Virus record (IMG/VR): IMGVR_UViG_3300022181_000125
Coordinates: 1 to 39,238 of that record
DNA: 39,238 nucleotides
Source: a virus
Taxonomy: Duplodnaviria > Caudoviricetes
Strand: one strand, 5' to 3'
In this document: positions 19,465-27,732 of the stretch, piece by piece
Layout: each line of letters begins with the position of its first letter
Numbering within the stretch: position 1 is the first letter of the stretch
Made by a program: the position numbers and the translations under genes
The notes under the pieces: model-generated
Seen by the model: the letters and a program-made list of their open reading frames with translations, nothing else
What the model was told of the DNA's origin: nothing
The model's database searches: none

Positions 19465-19954
19465 TTTTTGCACCTGCTTCCAATGAAGCTAACGCAACAA
19501 TAATCGCTTCTTTTTGTTCGCATGTAATTTTTTTCCCAGTATCAGAAACTACTTCAGTTAGATCCATAATACCATCGAGCATTTCATGTGGTTTCTTTTT
19601 TTCAACACTTAGTGTCGAAGCAATATTAGAAGCAACACCCATGAAATGACTTTTTACTGTGCTGTTTGTGAATAACTCCATTAAAACACCTTCAACATTG
19701 AATCTAAAGATTAGACCGTTATTGATTGATGTCCGCGCGTTGCCTTCAATTAATTTAATACCAGCAAAAGAAATATCATACTGAGAAATTATAGTGTCAA
19801 ATGTTTTCCTGATAAAGCTAAGTTGTTCAGAAACTCCAATTGAAACGGGAATCTTCAGGCTTGATATACTCAGCACTTCGTTTTGCTCTCCGTTTTCTCG
19901 TACTATTGAATAATATATCTCGGTCGGAGATACTCTAAACCCAATCGCGTTCAT
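19457..19954 (-). CDS. Hypothetical protein with RuvC/RNase H-like pattern
   Basis: AIGFRVSPTEIYYSIV...IKLIE...RFNVEGVLM...KEAIIVAL parallels RuvC ILGIDPG..GYGVI...AIE...ARGV...DALAIA; by-eye match only. Confidence 0.55.
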   Translation of the reverse strand: MNAIGFRVSPTEIYYSIVRENGEQNEVLSISSLKIPVSIGVSEQLSFIRKTFDTIISQYDISFAGIKLIEGNARTSINNGLIFRFNVEGVLMELFTNSTVKSHFMGVASNIASTLSVEKKKPHEMLDGIMDLTEVVSDTGKKITCEQKEAIIVALASLEAGAKNA

Positions 19955-19969
19955 TGTCATCCTCCTTTA

Positions 19970-20476
19970 TCATTTGAAATATTCTTTGTATTCTAGTAGG
20001 GTAGGCTTAATTTTATCCCATATAACCACTTTATCATCTATATCTTCAAAAACCTTACCGTGGCTCTTTGGTGCATCCATTTTCATTTGAGCGTAGTTGC
20101 TTTTAAATGTAGGGATGAATACATCAGGATGGTTAGCCTTATCAAGGCAACGCTTTTCTAATTCAAGAAGAGGAACCGAACCGATTTCTGCTTCAATCTG
20201 AAAATATGCTTTTATAATTCTGTGGTTAATTTGGTTTTTTCGTTTAGCCCAAAGTGGTATTTTTGACAGAGCTTTGGGTTCTTCGGTTGATGTTGGTTTT
20301 GTTCCAATTGCTGGTGACGTGGCATATTCTCGTGATGCTTTTGAAAAAGAAGAAGAAATATAATTTTTCATAAATTCTTCTACGATAAATGATACTTCGT
20401 CTTTATTCAGCTTTAAGGCAATACAGAATTTCTCGTAAATATCTTCATCGACGATTAAGGTTATGTTTTTAGTCAT
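19970..20476 (-). CDS. Putative regulator with N-terminal ribbon-helix-helix motif and an unknown C-terminal domain
   Basis: KNITLIVDEDIYEKF...VSFIVEEFMKNYI fits the RHH pattern; GGAGG before ATG 20476. Confidence 0.6.
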   Translation of the reverse strand: MTKNITLIVDEDIYEKFCIALKLNKDEVSFIVEEFMKNYISSSFSKASREYATSPAIGTKPTSTEEPKALSKIPLWAKRKNQINHRIIKAYFQIEAEIGSVPLLELEKRCLDKANHPDVFIPTFKSNYAQMKMDAPKSHGKVFEDIDDKVVIWDKIKPTLLEYKEYFK

Positions 20477-20498
20477 CTCTACCACCTCCATTGAGGTA

Positions 20499-20527
20499 AT
20501 ACTAACATACTAATTAGTATTTGTATA
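20499..20527 (-). promoter_or_regulatory. SigA-like promoter with palindromic operator for the accessory cassette
   Basis: TATACA-17 nt-TAGTAT with extended -10 TG; perfect 14-bp palindrome ATACTAATTAGTAT (20507..20520) in the spacer. Confidence 0.6.
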
Positions 20528-20546
20528 GACTAAAACACTATATTTA

Positions 20547-22148
20547 CTAAAAAATTAGAAGGCCCCTCTCGTCATAAACCGAAGTTCCTGTTTCTCCTCC
20601 ACAGCGTATAGCACGGTCAAGCGCCATAATCGTCGCAACCGCACCGTCGATCTTTTCTGTGGACTTTTCCTTGTCGGCCTTGATATTTCCGGCAGGATCG
20701 GTTCGAATAAAAATGTTATCCATCATCCACCGAAGGACCGGATGGCCTCCGTGCGCGATTTTTTCTTCAAATGTAAGTTTCATTAGCTCTTTTGTCGGCG
20801 GGGACATATCCTTGAAGCCCTGCCCAAACGGGATGACCGAAAAGCCGAGGTTTTCCAAATTCTGTGTCATCTGGACCGCGCCCCATCGGTCGAAGGCAAT
20901 CTCGCGGATGTTGTACTTCGTGCCCAGCTGTTCAATGAACGCTTCAATGAAGCCGTAATGCACCACATTCCCCTCGGTGGTTAACAAAAAATCTTGTTTT
21001 TGCCAAACGTCATAATTCACATGATCGCGCCGAACACGGAGGTCAATGTTCTCCTCCGGAATCCAGAAGAACGGGAGCACACTATATTTGTCCGCCTCAT
21101 CAAGCGGCGGAAAAACAAGCACGAACGCCGTTATATCCGTACTGCTGGAGAGGTCGAGGCCGCCGTAGCAGACACGTCCTTCGAGAGCGGTTTCGTTCAC
21201 AGGGAACGCGCATTGATCCCATCTGTCCATGGGCATCCAGCGCACCGCCTGCTTGACCCACTGGTTTAGTCGAAGTTGCCTGAAGCTATTCTCCTCAGCA
21301 GGGTTTTGCTTGGCTGATTCAAAAGCTGCTTTGACTTTGTCCATGCTGACGGTGATGCCAAGTGACGGATTTGCCTTTTTCCACACCTTCGGATCAGACC
21401 AGTCATCCTCGGAAGCTGCACCGAAAATTACTGGATAGAAGGTGGGATCGTTCTTTCTGCCGTCTATGATATCCAGGGCTTTTTGGTGTACTTCCCAACA
21501 GATGCTGTTTTGGTTATCCCCGGCAGTGGTGATCAGGAAATACAGTGGCTGCATCCTGGCATCGCCGCTGCCCTTGGTCATGACATCAAATAGTTTTCGA
21601 TTGGGCTGGGTGTGCAGTTCATCAAACACGACGCCGTGAGTATTGAAACCGTGCTTGTTTCCCACATCAGCGGACAAGACCTGGTAGATGCTGCCGGTTG
21701 GCAGAAATATGAGCCGTTTCTGTGAATCAAGGATTTTCACCCGCTTTGACAGTGCCGGACACATGCGCACCATATCCGCCGCCACATTAAAAACGATGGA
21801 GGCTTGATTACGATCGGCCGCGCAGCCATATACCTCGGCGCGTTCTTCATTATCACCGCAGGTCAGCAGCAAAGCGATAGCGGCAGCGAGCTCTGATTTG
21901 CCCATTTTCTTTGGTATCTCCACATAGGCGGTGTTGAACTGCCTATAGCCATTGGGTTTTAAGGTTCCGAACACGTCTCGGATAATCTGTTCCTGCCAAT
22001 CAATCAGCTCGAAGGGCTTTCCAGCCCAAGTCCCTTTGGTATGGGAAAGCGCCTCAATGAATGAGACTGCATAATCAGCCATCTCTTTGCTGTAGTAAGC
22101 ATCCTTCGCTTTAAATGCAGTTGGTTTGTATTTTTTGAGTTTTCGGAT
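20547..22148 (-). CDS. terL: Terminase large subunit
   Basis: IPKKMGKS Walker A, VFDELH Walker B, GLDLS and KIDG nuclease motifs. The reading frame extends 22 codons above ATG 22082 to an ATC behind AAGGAGGTGA. Confidence 0.95.
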   Translation of the reverse strand: MRKLKKYKPTAFKAKDAYYSKEMADYAVSFIEALSHTKGTWAGKPFELIDWQEQIIRDVFGTLKPNGYRQFNTAYVEIPKKMGKSELAAAIALLLTCGDNEERAEVYGCAADRNQASIVFNVAADMVRMCPALSKRVKILDSQKRLIFLPTGSIYQVLSADVGNKHGFNTHGVVFDELHTQPNRKLFDVMTKGSGDARMQPLYFLITTAGDNQNSICWEVHQKALDIIDGRKNDPTFYPVIFGAASEDDWSDPKVWKKANPSLGITVSMDKVKAAFESAKQNPAEENSFRQLRLNQWVKQAVRWMPMDRWDQCAFPVNETALEGRVCYGGLDLSSSTDITAFVLVFPPLDEADKYSVLPFFWIPEENIDLRVRRDHVNYDVWQKQDFLLTTEGNVVHYGFIEAFIEQLGTKYNIREIAFDRWGAVQMTQNLENLGFSVIPFGQGFKDMSPPTKELMKLTFEEKIAHGGHPVLRWMMDNIFIRTDPAGNIKADKEKSTEKIDGAVATIMALDRAIRCGGETGTSVYDERGLLIF

Positions 22149-22175
22149 ATGCAGTCACCTCCTTCAAAAAGGCAT

Positions 22176-22234
22176 AAAAAATAGACCACAATGGGTCTTT
22201 CATAACGAGGAACAGAGCCGCAAGGCTCCATTCC
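22176..22234 (-). terminator. Two tandem hairpins, the second terminator-like, upstream of terL
   Basis: GGAAUGGAGCC-UUGC-GGCUCUGUUCC (22234..22209), then AGACC-N6-GGUCU followed by AUUUUUU. Confidence 0.55.
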
Positions 22235-22255
22235 GGGATTCGATTTTTTATTGAG

Positions 22256-22480
22256 TTAGTTGTGTTCTTTCATCAGGATAGCAAGGGCAATCTCTGCATC
22301 GGAATCGAGCGGTTCTATATCCCAGCCTCTGTCGTAATTGGCGATGATCTCACCATCGCGTTTTAGCATGAGTTTGGAAATGCGGCCCTTCTCGATGCCG
22401 TACTGCGATCCTTCTTCAAAACACTTCACCCAGTAGTGAATGATGCTGCTTCCAGCCTTGATACTTCCTTCTTTCCACAT
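22256..22480 (-). CDS. Small conserved phage protein
   Basis: GI..GRISKL...NYDRGWD motif typical of genes upstream of terL in such prophages. Confidence 0.7.
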   Translation of the reverse strand: MWKEGSIKAGSSIIHYWVKCFEEGSQYGIEKGRISKLMLKRDGEIIANYDRGWDIEPLDSDAEIALAILMKEHN

Positions 22481-22513
22481 GATCGTGCTCTCCCTTGGTT
22501 TTGTATGTTTATG

Positions 22514-22690
22514 TTATTCCTCGCCGGTCAGGATGAAATGGGCATATTCCTTACGATTCTCTTCGAGGTACACTACCAGCTCATAAAATCCCATGTCGTT
22601 TGCGATACGCTGTACCGCCACCACATCAAACATATTCGTCAGGCCAGTGTCTCGAATAGCCAGGATCTGCGTACGCACCTTATCGTTCAT
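22514..22690 (-). CDS. DUF5049-like small protein
   Basis: QILAIRDTGLTNMFD...Y.HFILTG; start moved to ATG 22690. Confidence 0.75.
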   Translation of the reverse strand: MNDKVRTQILAIRDTGLTNMFDVVAVQRIANDMGFYELVVYLEENRKEYAHFILTGEE

Positions 22691-22910
22691 CGTCGCACCT
22701 CCGGCAAAAGTCCTCGCCATAGACCACGTTTAGTCCGCTGCCGTTGTCCCAGTTAACCAGGATGCTTGCGGTGTCATCCACGCCAGTTACTGTGCCCTTG
22801 GTGCCGATGGGCGGAGCCTGCTCGTCGTTCATGCGAAGTAGTTCCACGCGGCAACCAGCCGGATACTGGCGGCGGATACGCTCGACGATTTCTTTACTCG
22901 GAAATCTCAT
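22680..22910 (-). CDS. DUF4314-like protein
   Basis: YPAGCRVEL..M.D...PPIGT.GTV..VDD....V.WD.GS.L...YGED. Confidence 0.85.
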   Translation of the reverse strand: MRFPSKEIVERIRRQYPAGCRVELLRMNDEQAPPIGTKGTVTGVDDTASILVNWDNGSGLNVVYGEDFCRRCDDER

Positions 22911-23649
22911 CGTTAGACGCCTCCTCTCCGTTTAACAGAACTTTTTCCGCTTCCACCACTGCGAGGTCGTCGGTGGCGGCGTCGAGGTCTTCGCTGCTGA
23001 AGCCTTTCTTGGCACCCGAGCGAAATGCGGCGCTGCCAGTCAGGTTTCTAAGAAGCGTCCGACGCGTTTCCTTGAACTCCTCACCAATGAAACCGAGTCG
23101 TAGGAGGAAGCAGCGGAAAGCGTATTTCTCATTGTCCGTTTCCTTTTCCTTGGCGGTAACACGCTTCTGGTTCTTGGCTGCAGCAAGCATCTTCCCAATA
23201 AAGTGAGCAGACGCGTCGATTACCTCCGGCTCTGGAATGCGGTCGAACCAAGGGAAGCGAATGCGCTCGTCTGTGAGCTCGATTTCCAAGTTGTCCGCAC
23301 CAAGTGCTTTTTTGATGAGCGTAGCTTTGCTGTCTATCATCCGACGCAGGTTGTCGATCGCGGCTTCGGTGGTGTCCTTCAGCGGGAGTTCAATACAAAG
23401 CCTGTCTGTGACTTCCTCGATCTCCGCTTCAAAGCCCATTTCGCAAAGGCGCTCTATAAGCTGTTCGCCCTTGCTGCTGTTGGTGTGATCGTCGAAGGAA
23501 AGGATGCCGTCCTTGCTGATTGTGAAGGAGTCCACCTGATAAGCGCAGGATGGAACGCCGAGGTACTTGGCATCACTTTCGAGAATCTCGGCAATGGCCT
23601 GTACCAGTCGCTTGCGGTCGGGTCCAGTTACGTTGTAGTTGATTTCCAT
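22894..23649 (-). CDS. Conserved phage protein (often labelled virulence-related protein)
   Basis: KYLGVPSCAY, FPWF, NEKYAFRCFLLRLGFIG.E.K..R..LL.NL.G..AF; start moved to ATG 23649. Confidence 0.8.
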   Translation of the reverse strand: MEINYNVTGPDRKRLVQAIAEILESDAKYLGVPSCAYQVDSFTISKDGILSFDDHTNSSKGEQLIERLCEMGFEAEIEEVTDRLCIELPLKDTTEAAIDNLRRMIDSKATLIKKALGADNLEIELTDERIRFPWFDRIPEPEVIDASAHFIGKMLAAAKNQKRVTAKEKETDNEKYAFRCFLLRLGFIGEEFKETRRTLLRNLTGSAAFRSGAKKGFSSEDLDAATDDLAVVEAEKVLLNGEEASNDEISE

Positions 23650-23680
23650 ATTCAAAACCTCCTGTCGTTTTGGTATGTAC

Positions 23681-23712
23681 ATATATCACTCTAAAGGCAA
23701 CTTAAAGCAAGT
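23681..23712 (-). promoter_or_regulatory. Promoter-like motif ACTTG-N12-TTTAGAGTGATRTAT, copy B
   Basis: Upstream of the RBS of 22894..23649; matches 2000..2031. Confidence 0.55.
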
Positions 23713-23781
23713 CAATTTCGAGAAATATATGTGCCAAATCGAGTCGGAGGAAGCGACTGTTTATCATCAACGATGCTATCT

Positions 23782-25026
23782 TCAGGTCTTGCTGTCCTCG
23801 CTGGCTGCCACGTCTGCATAGGAGTAGAGCAGACCATCTCGCTGGACAGAAACCTTGTCGCTAGATCCGACCTGTTCGATGTAGCGCTTGACGATAACAT
23901 CGCAGAACTTCTCATCGAGCTCAATGGTATTACAGGAGCGGTCAGACTGTTCACAGGCGATGAGTGTTGAACCGCTGCCACCAAAGGGATCGAGTACCAG
24001 GGTGTTGCTCATGCTGCTGTTCATAATCGGGTACGCCAAGAGCGGAACCGGCTTCATGGTCGGATGATCGCCGTTTTTCTTAGGCTTGTCGAACTCCCAG
24101 ATGGTGGTTTCCTTACGACCGGTGTACCACTGATGCTTTCCGGTTTTCTTCCACCCGTAGAGCACAGGCTCGTGCTGCCATTGATATGGAGAGCGTCCCA
24201 GAACCAGCGACTGTTTCTTCCAGATGCAGCAGCCGGACAAATAAAAACCGGCATCCACAAAGGCTCTCCTGAAATTCAGCCCTTCGGTGTCGGCGTGGAA
24301 TACATAGATGCTGGCGTCGTTTGCCATGACGGACGCGGTGTTTGTAAAAGCATCGAACAAAAAGTTGTAGAAGGCATCATTACCCATATTGTCGTTCTTG
24401 ATTTTTCCGGCGCTGCCTTCGTAGTTGACGTTGTAAGGCGGGTCGGTGATCACGAGATTGGCTTTGGCTCCAGCCATCAGCAAGTCAAATGTCTCTGCTT
24501 TGGTACTGTCGCCACATACCAGCCTGTGCCGGCCGAGTGTCCAGAGGTCATCGAGTTTGGTGATCGGCGGCTCCTTCAACTCTGCTTCCACATCAAAATC
24601 ATCATCGTGGATACCGTCTTTGATACTATCCTTAAACAGGTCATCCAGTTCAGCGGGGTCAAAGCCTGTGAGCGACACATCGAAGTCTGAACCCTGTAAA
24701 TCTGCAATGAGTAGAGCCAGCTTTTCTTTATCCCATTCACCGGAAATCTTGTTCAGTGCGATGTTGAGAGCCTTTTCCTTCTCAACATCCATCTCTACTA
24801 CCACGCACTCGACTTCGGTGATGCCCATGTCGATGAGCACCTTCAAACGCTGGTGCCCACCTACAACACAGCCTGTCACCTTGTTCCAGATGACCGGCTC
24901 GACGTATCCGAACTGTTCTATGGAGCGCTTTAGCTTATCGTATTCCGGATCGCCAGGCTTTAGGTCCTTGCGAGGATTGTAATCCGCAGGTAGAAGCTCG
25001 GCGGTATTCTTTTTCTCAATCAACAT
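23782..25026 (-). CDS. ParB-like domain fused to an N6/N4 DNA methyltransferase (beta class)
   Basis: YNPR...GGHQR ParB-like N-terminus; DPPY before HPTMKP and DPFGGSGST. Confidence 0.92.
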   Translation of the reverse strand: MLIEKKNTAELLPADYNPRKDLKPGDPEYDKLKRSIEQFGYVEPVIWNKVTGCVVGGHQRLKVLIDMGITEVECVVVEMDVEKEKALNIALNKISGEWDKEKLALLIADLQGSDFDVSLTGFDPAELDDLFKDSIKDGIHDDDFDVEAELKEPPITKLDDLWTLGRHRLVCGDSTKAETFDLLMAGAKANLVITDPPYNVNYEGSAGKIKNDNMGNDAFYNFLFDAFTNTASVMANDASIYVFHADTEGLNFRRAFVDAGFYLSGCCIWKKQSLVLGRSPYQWQHEPVLYGWKKTGKHQWYTGRKETTIWEFDKPKKNGDHPTMKPVPLLAYPIMNSSMSNTLVLDPFGGSGSTLIACEQSDRSCNTIELDEKFCDVIVKRYIEQVGSSDKVSVQRDGLLYSYADVAASEDSKT

Positions 25027-26179
25027 ATTTCTTTACCGCCTCCCGTAGTTCTTTATACCGGTCCAGCCATTCCCAGCGAGAGAGCGTTCCGCTGAAATGT
25101 CCGTAAGTTGCTGTATCAGCATAGATGGCGTCACGCAAACTCAGCGTTTCAATGATTGCTGCTGGACGCAGGTTAAACACATCAAGTACCGCCTTTCTGA
25201 GTACGTCATCCGGGACAGTCCCGGTGCCGAAGGTATCAATCTCAACCGCAACGGGGTCAGCCTTGCCAATGGCATAGGAGATGGCCACCTGACATTGTTT
25301 GGCATAATCACACCAGACGATGTTCTTTGCGATGGCTCTAGCCATGTAGGCACCGGAGCGGTCAACTTTCGTCGGGTCTTTACCGGAGAATGCGCCGCCT
25401 CCATGAGCAGCAAGACCGCCATAGCTATCGACCATAATCTTTCGACCGGTCAAACCGGTGTCGGCAGCAGGCCCGCCCTCGACAAAACGACCAGAAGGAT
25501 TGACGAGTATTTCGGTGTCATCATCAAATGGAAATTTCTCAAACACCGGCCACAGCACTTGGGAGATGATCTCACTACGGAGAACCTCCAAATCCTTATC
25601 AGCGCGGTGCTGTACAGAAACAATAATCGTTTTGATGCGCTTAGGCTTGTCATCCTCATACTCAACCGTGACCTGGGCTTTCCCATCAGAACCGATGCCT
25701 ATGATGACGCCACTTTTCATAGTGCTATCCAGCTTCCGACAAATGCTATGAGCGAATACGAGCGGAAGCGGGAGTTTTTCGGACGTCTCATCTGTGGCAT
25801 AGCCATAAACAGTGCCCTGGTCGCCAGCGCCAAGCATGGAATACCACGAAGTATCTCCGGCGCGGGATTCTAGCGCCTGATCCACACCACAAGCGATGTC
25901 CTTGCTTTGCTGGTGGACGAACACAAACACAATGAACTTCCATGGGTTGTAGCCGACGTCCTCAAGGACTCTGCGAACTACCCAGCGGATGTCCACCTTC
26001 TTCGAGCAGGTGATTTCGCCCGCTACGATGATTTTGCCTTTTGTGGCCATGACCTCGCAGGCCACGCGTGATGCTTTATCTTTGCGAAGACATGCATCGA
26101 GAATGCTGTCGGCAATCAGGTCGCAGAGTTTATCTGGGTGACCCTTGCAGACACTTTCAGAAGTTTTGTATTTTTCCAT
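25016..26179 (-). CDS. metK: S-adenosylmethionine synthetase
   Basis: SESV..GHPDK, GAGDQG, D.KAQV, GP.ADTGLTGRK, GGGAFSGKDPTKVDRS, YGHF. Confidence 0.95.
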   Translation of the reverse strand: MEKYKTSESVCKGHPDKLCDLIADSILDACLRKDKASRVACEVMATKGKIIVAGEITCSKKVDIRWVVRRVLEDVGYNPWKFIVFVFVHQQSKDIACGVDQALESRAGDTSWYSMLGAGDQGTVYGYATDETSEKLPLPLVFAHSICRKLDSTMKSGVIIGIGSDGKAQVTVEYEDDKPKRIKTIIVSVQHRADKDLEVLRSEIISQVLWPVFEKFPFDDDTEILVNPSGRFVEGGPAADTGLTGRKIMVDSYGGLAAHGGGAFSGKDPTKVDRSGAYMARAIAKNIVWCDYAKQCQVAISYAIGKADPVAVEIDTFGTGTVPDDVLRKAVLDVFNLRPAAIIETLSLRDAIYADTATYGHFSGTLSRWEWLDRYKELREAVKKYVD

Positions 26180-26180
26180 A

Positions 26181-26732
26181 TCATTTTCCTTTCCGGGCGG
26201 TTAAGAGCCGCTCCATAACATCATCTTGCGGATTCACACCGCTGTACTCTCCGGTACAGTTTTCCTTTACGATCTGAAAAATCTCCATCCACAGACGATT
26301 TGTCTGGTTCATGTAGTTCTGACCCATCGCCACATAGGGGCTTTGAATTGCGTTGCCTGTAGTGGGATGCTTTGCAAGAAAGCCATACTCGGTGACTGCT
26401 TCCTCGCACTGAATCCACCGGGCTACACTCATGGCGTACCGCTCTAAAAGTTGTGGCGACACAAGCACTGCACAGCCACGCTCGTTCAGCCACGTCCATG
26501 TTGATTTATATATTTCGCTCGCGACGAGTGTCTTGCCGTCCTTCTGGACAGCTTCGAGCATCTTTGCTGGTTCCGGCATCACTTGACCGTTAAGGTCTGC
26601 CGTATCGGTAAACTCCATTACCGTCAGTTTTCTGCCGCCGGGATTACCTTCGGCTATTTTGTCGGCTAATGGCTTCTTTTTTGCGCCCGCGCCGACACGA
26701 GCGCCGCCACGATTGGTACCGTCTTTTGCCAA
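26181..26732 (-). CDS. terS: Terminase small subunit (P27-like)
   Basis: RGGARVGAG.KKK N-terminus, LERYA....RW, SPYV; follows the packaging HNH gene. Confidence 0.8.
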   Translation of the reverse strand: MAKDGTNRGGARVGAGAKKKPLADKIAEGNPGGRKLTVMEFTDTADLNGQVMPEPAKMLEAVQKDGKTLVASEIYKSTWTWLNERGCAVLVSPQLLERYAMSVARWIQCEEAVTEYGFLAKHPTTGNAIQSPYVAMGQNYMNQTNRLWMEIFQIVKENCTGEYSGVNPQDDVMERLLTARKGK

Positions 26733-26838
26733 TCATCACACCTCCTTTTTGGGCGAGGGCTATACCCCCGTTTGAATATGCGTTTTTTAACACGACACCC
26801 CACGCCGCTGTCCGCTTGAAAAAGTTCTGGAGATTTGA

Positions 26839-27195
26839 CTACCCCCACCGGTCACCGCTCTCAGCAGTAATTCTGGAGTGACACGACTTACAAAGCGCCA
26901 TGAGGTTGCTCGTCTCATTGCCTCCACCTTTTGAGAGCGGCAGGATGTGGTGCACCTCTTCGGCAGGCGTCAGCTTGCCTTGCTTCTGGCACTCCTCACA
27001 CAAAGGGTGCGCTCTGACATAGCGGTCACGGATTCGTTTCCAAGCCCTGCCATATCGTTTGTTGGACGCAGGGTCGCGTTCGTACTGGTTGTACTGTTTG
27101 TCCATGACCTTTTGATGCTCGGCACAGTATTGCTCGCGTACAGCAAGCCGACCGCAGCCGGGATAGGCACAGGGACGCTTGGGTTTGTAAGGCAT
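26839..27195 (-). CDS. Packaging-associated HNH endonuclease (HK97 gp74-like)
   Basis: CAYPGC, W..IR......PLCEEC, VHHI.P...GG....NL.ALCKSCH; directly upstream of terS; start moved to ATG 27195. Confidence 0.9.
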   Translation of the reverse strand: MPYKPKRPCAYPGCGRLAVREQYCAEHQKVMDKQYNQYERDPASNKRYGRAWKRIRDRYVRAHPLCEECQKQGKLTPAEEVHHILPLSKGGGNETSNLMALCKSCHSRITAESGDRWG

Positions 27196-27221
27196 TGGTT
27201 CACCTCGCTTTCTGGGCATAC

Positions 27222-27254
27222 AAAAAGCCACCGCAGGATTTCTCCCGAGGTGGC
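27222..27254 (-). terminator. Terminator-like hairpin in the late-operon leader
   Basis: GCCACC...GGUGGC stem followed by UUUUUG. Confidence 0.55.
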
Positions 27255-27279
27255 CTATGCCTATACTTTCTATACTACC

Positions 27280-27322
27280 AGTGTACTATGTTTGGCTATA
27301 ACATCAACTCTCTTTTACTCTC
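27280..27322 (-). promoter_or_regulatory. Candidate late promoter with tandem GAGAGT boxes
   Basis: TTGATG-16-TACACT; GAGAGT twice with 10-bp period (27322..27317, 27312..27307) at the end of the DUF1492-like gene. Confidence 0.45.
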
Positions 27323-27731
27323 CACTTTCGTCGACTACGACTTTTGTTAAAGCCCAATCACGCATTCGGTAAGTATGCTGGATGCTGTAGCCCATCTTGG
27401 CAGCGACTTCCTCCCATGTGCATCCGCAAAGGAAACGAAGTTCAAGTAGCGTCTGGTATTCCTTATTGTCCACGGCTTTGATGCTGGCAACAATCTGTCG
27501 TTTGATGTCCACCAACCGGTGAATATCACGATCGATTTCTGCCTGAAGATCTACAATCTTCACAACAGCATCCGCCATAGAAGATATGCTGTGGTTAGGA
27601 TTACGAGGCATGTCGTTGATGGTAGATGTGCATTTCGTGGCCAGCTCACTTAAGGAAGCAATCTGCTCTAATTTGCTGTCAATGCGAAGGTCCAACCGGT
27701 AGGCTTGGCTCAGAAAATCCAGAGCTTTCAT
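27315..27731 (-). CDS. DUF1492 / RinA-ArpU-like late transcriptional activator
   Basis: A..FLSQA..LD..I, coiled coil, LLELRF....WEEVA..MGYS HTH. Confidence 0.85.
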   Translation of the reverse strand: MKALDFLSQAYRLDLRIDSKLEQIASLSELATKCTSTINDMPRNPNHSISSMADAVVKIVDLQAEIDRDIHRLVDIKRQIVASIKAVDNKEYQTLLELRFLCGCTWEEVAAKMGYSIQHTYRMRDWALTKVVVDESGE

Positions 27732-27732
27732 G

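Noticed and set aside
22894-23649. Virulence factor
   Set aside because: The label is a propagated annotation for a conserved phage protein; nothing in the sequence indicates a virulence role.
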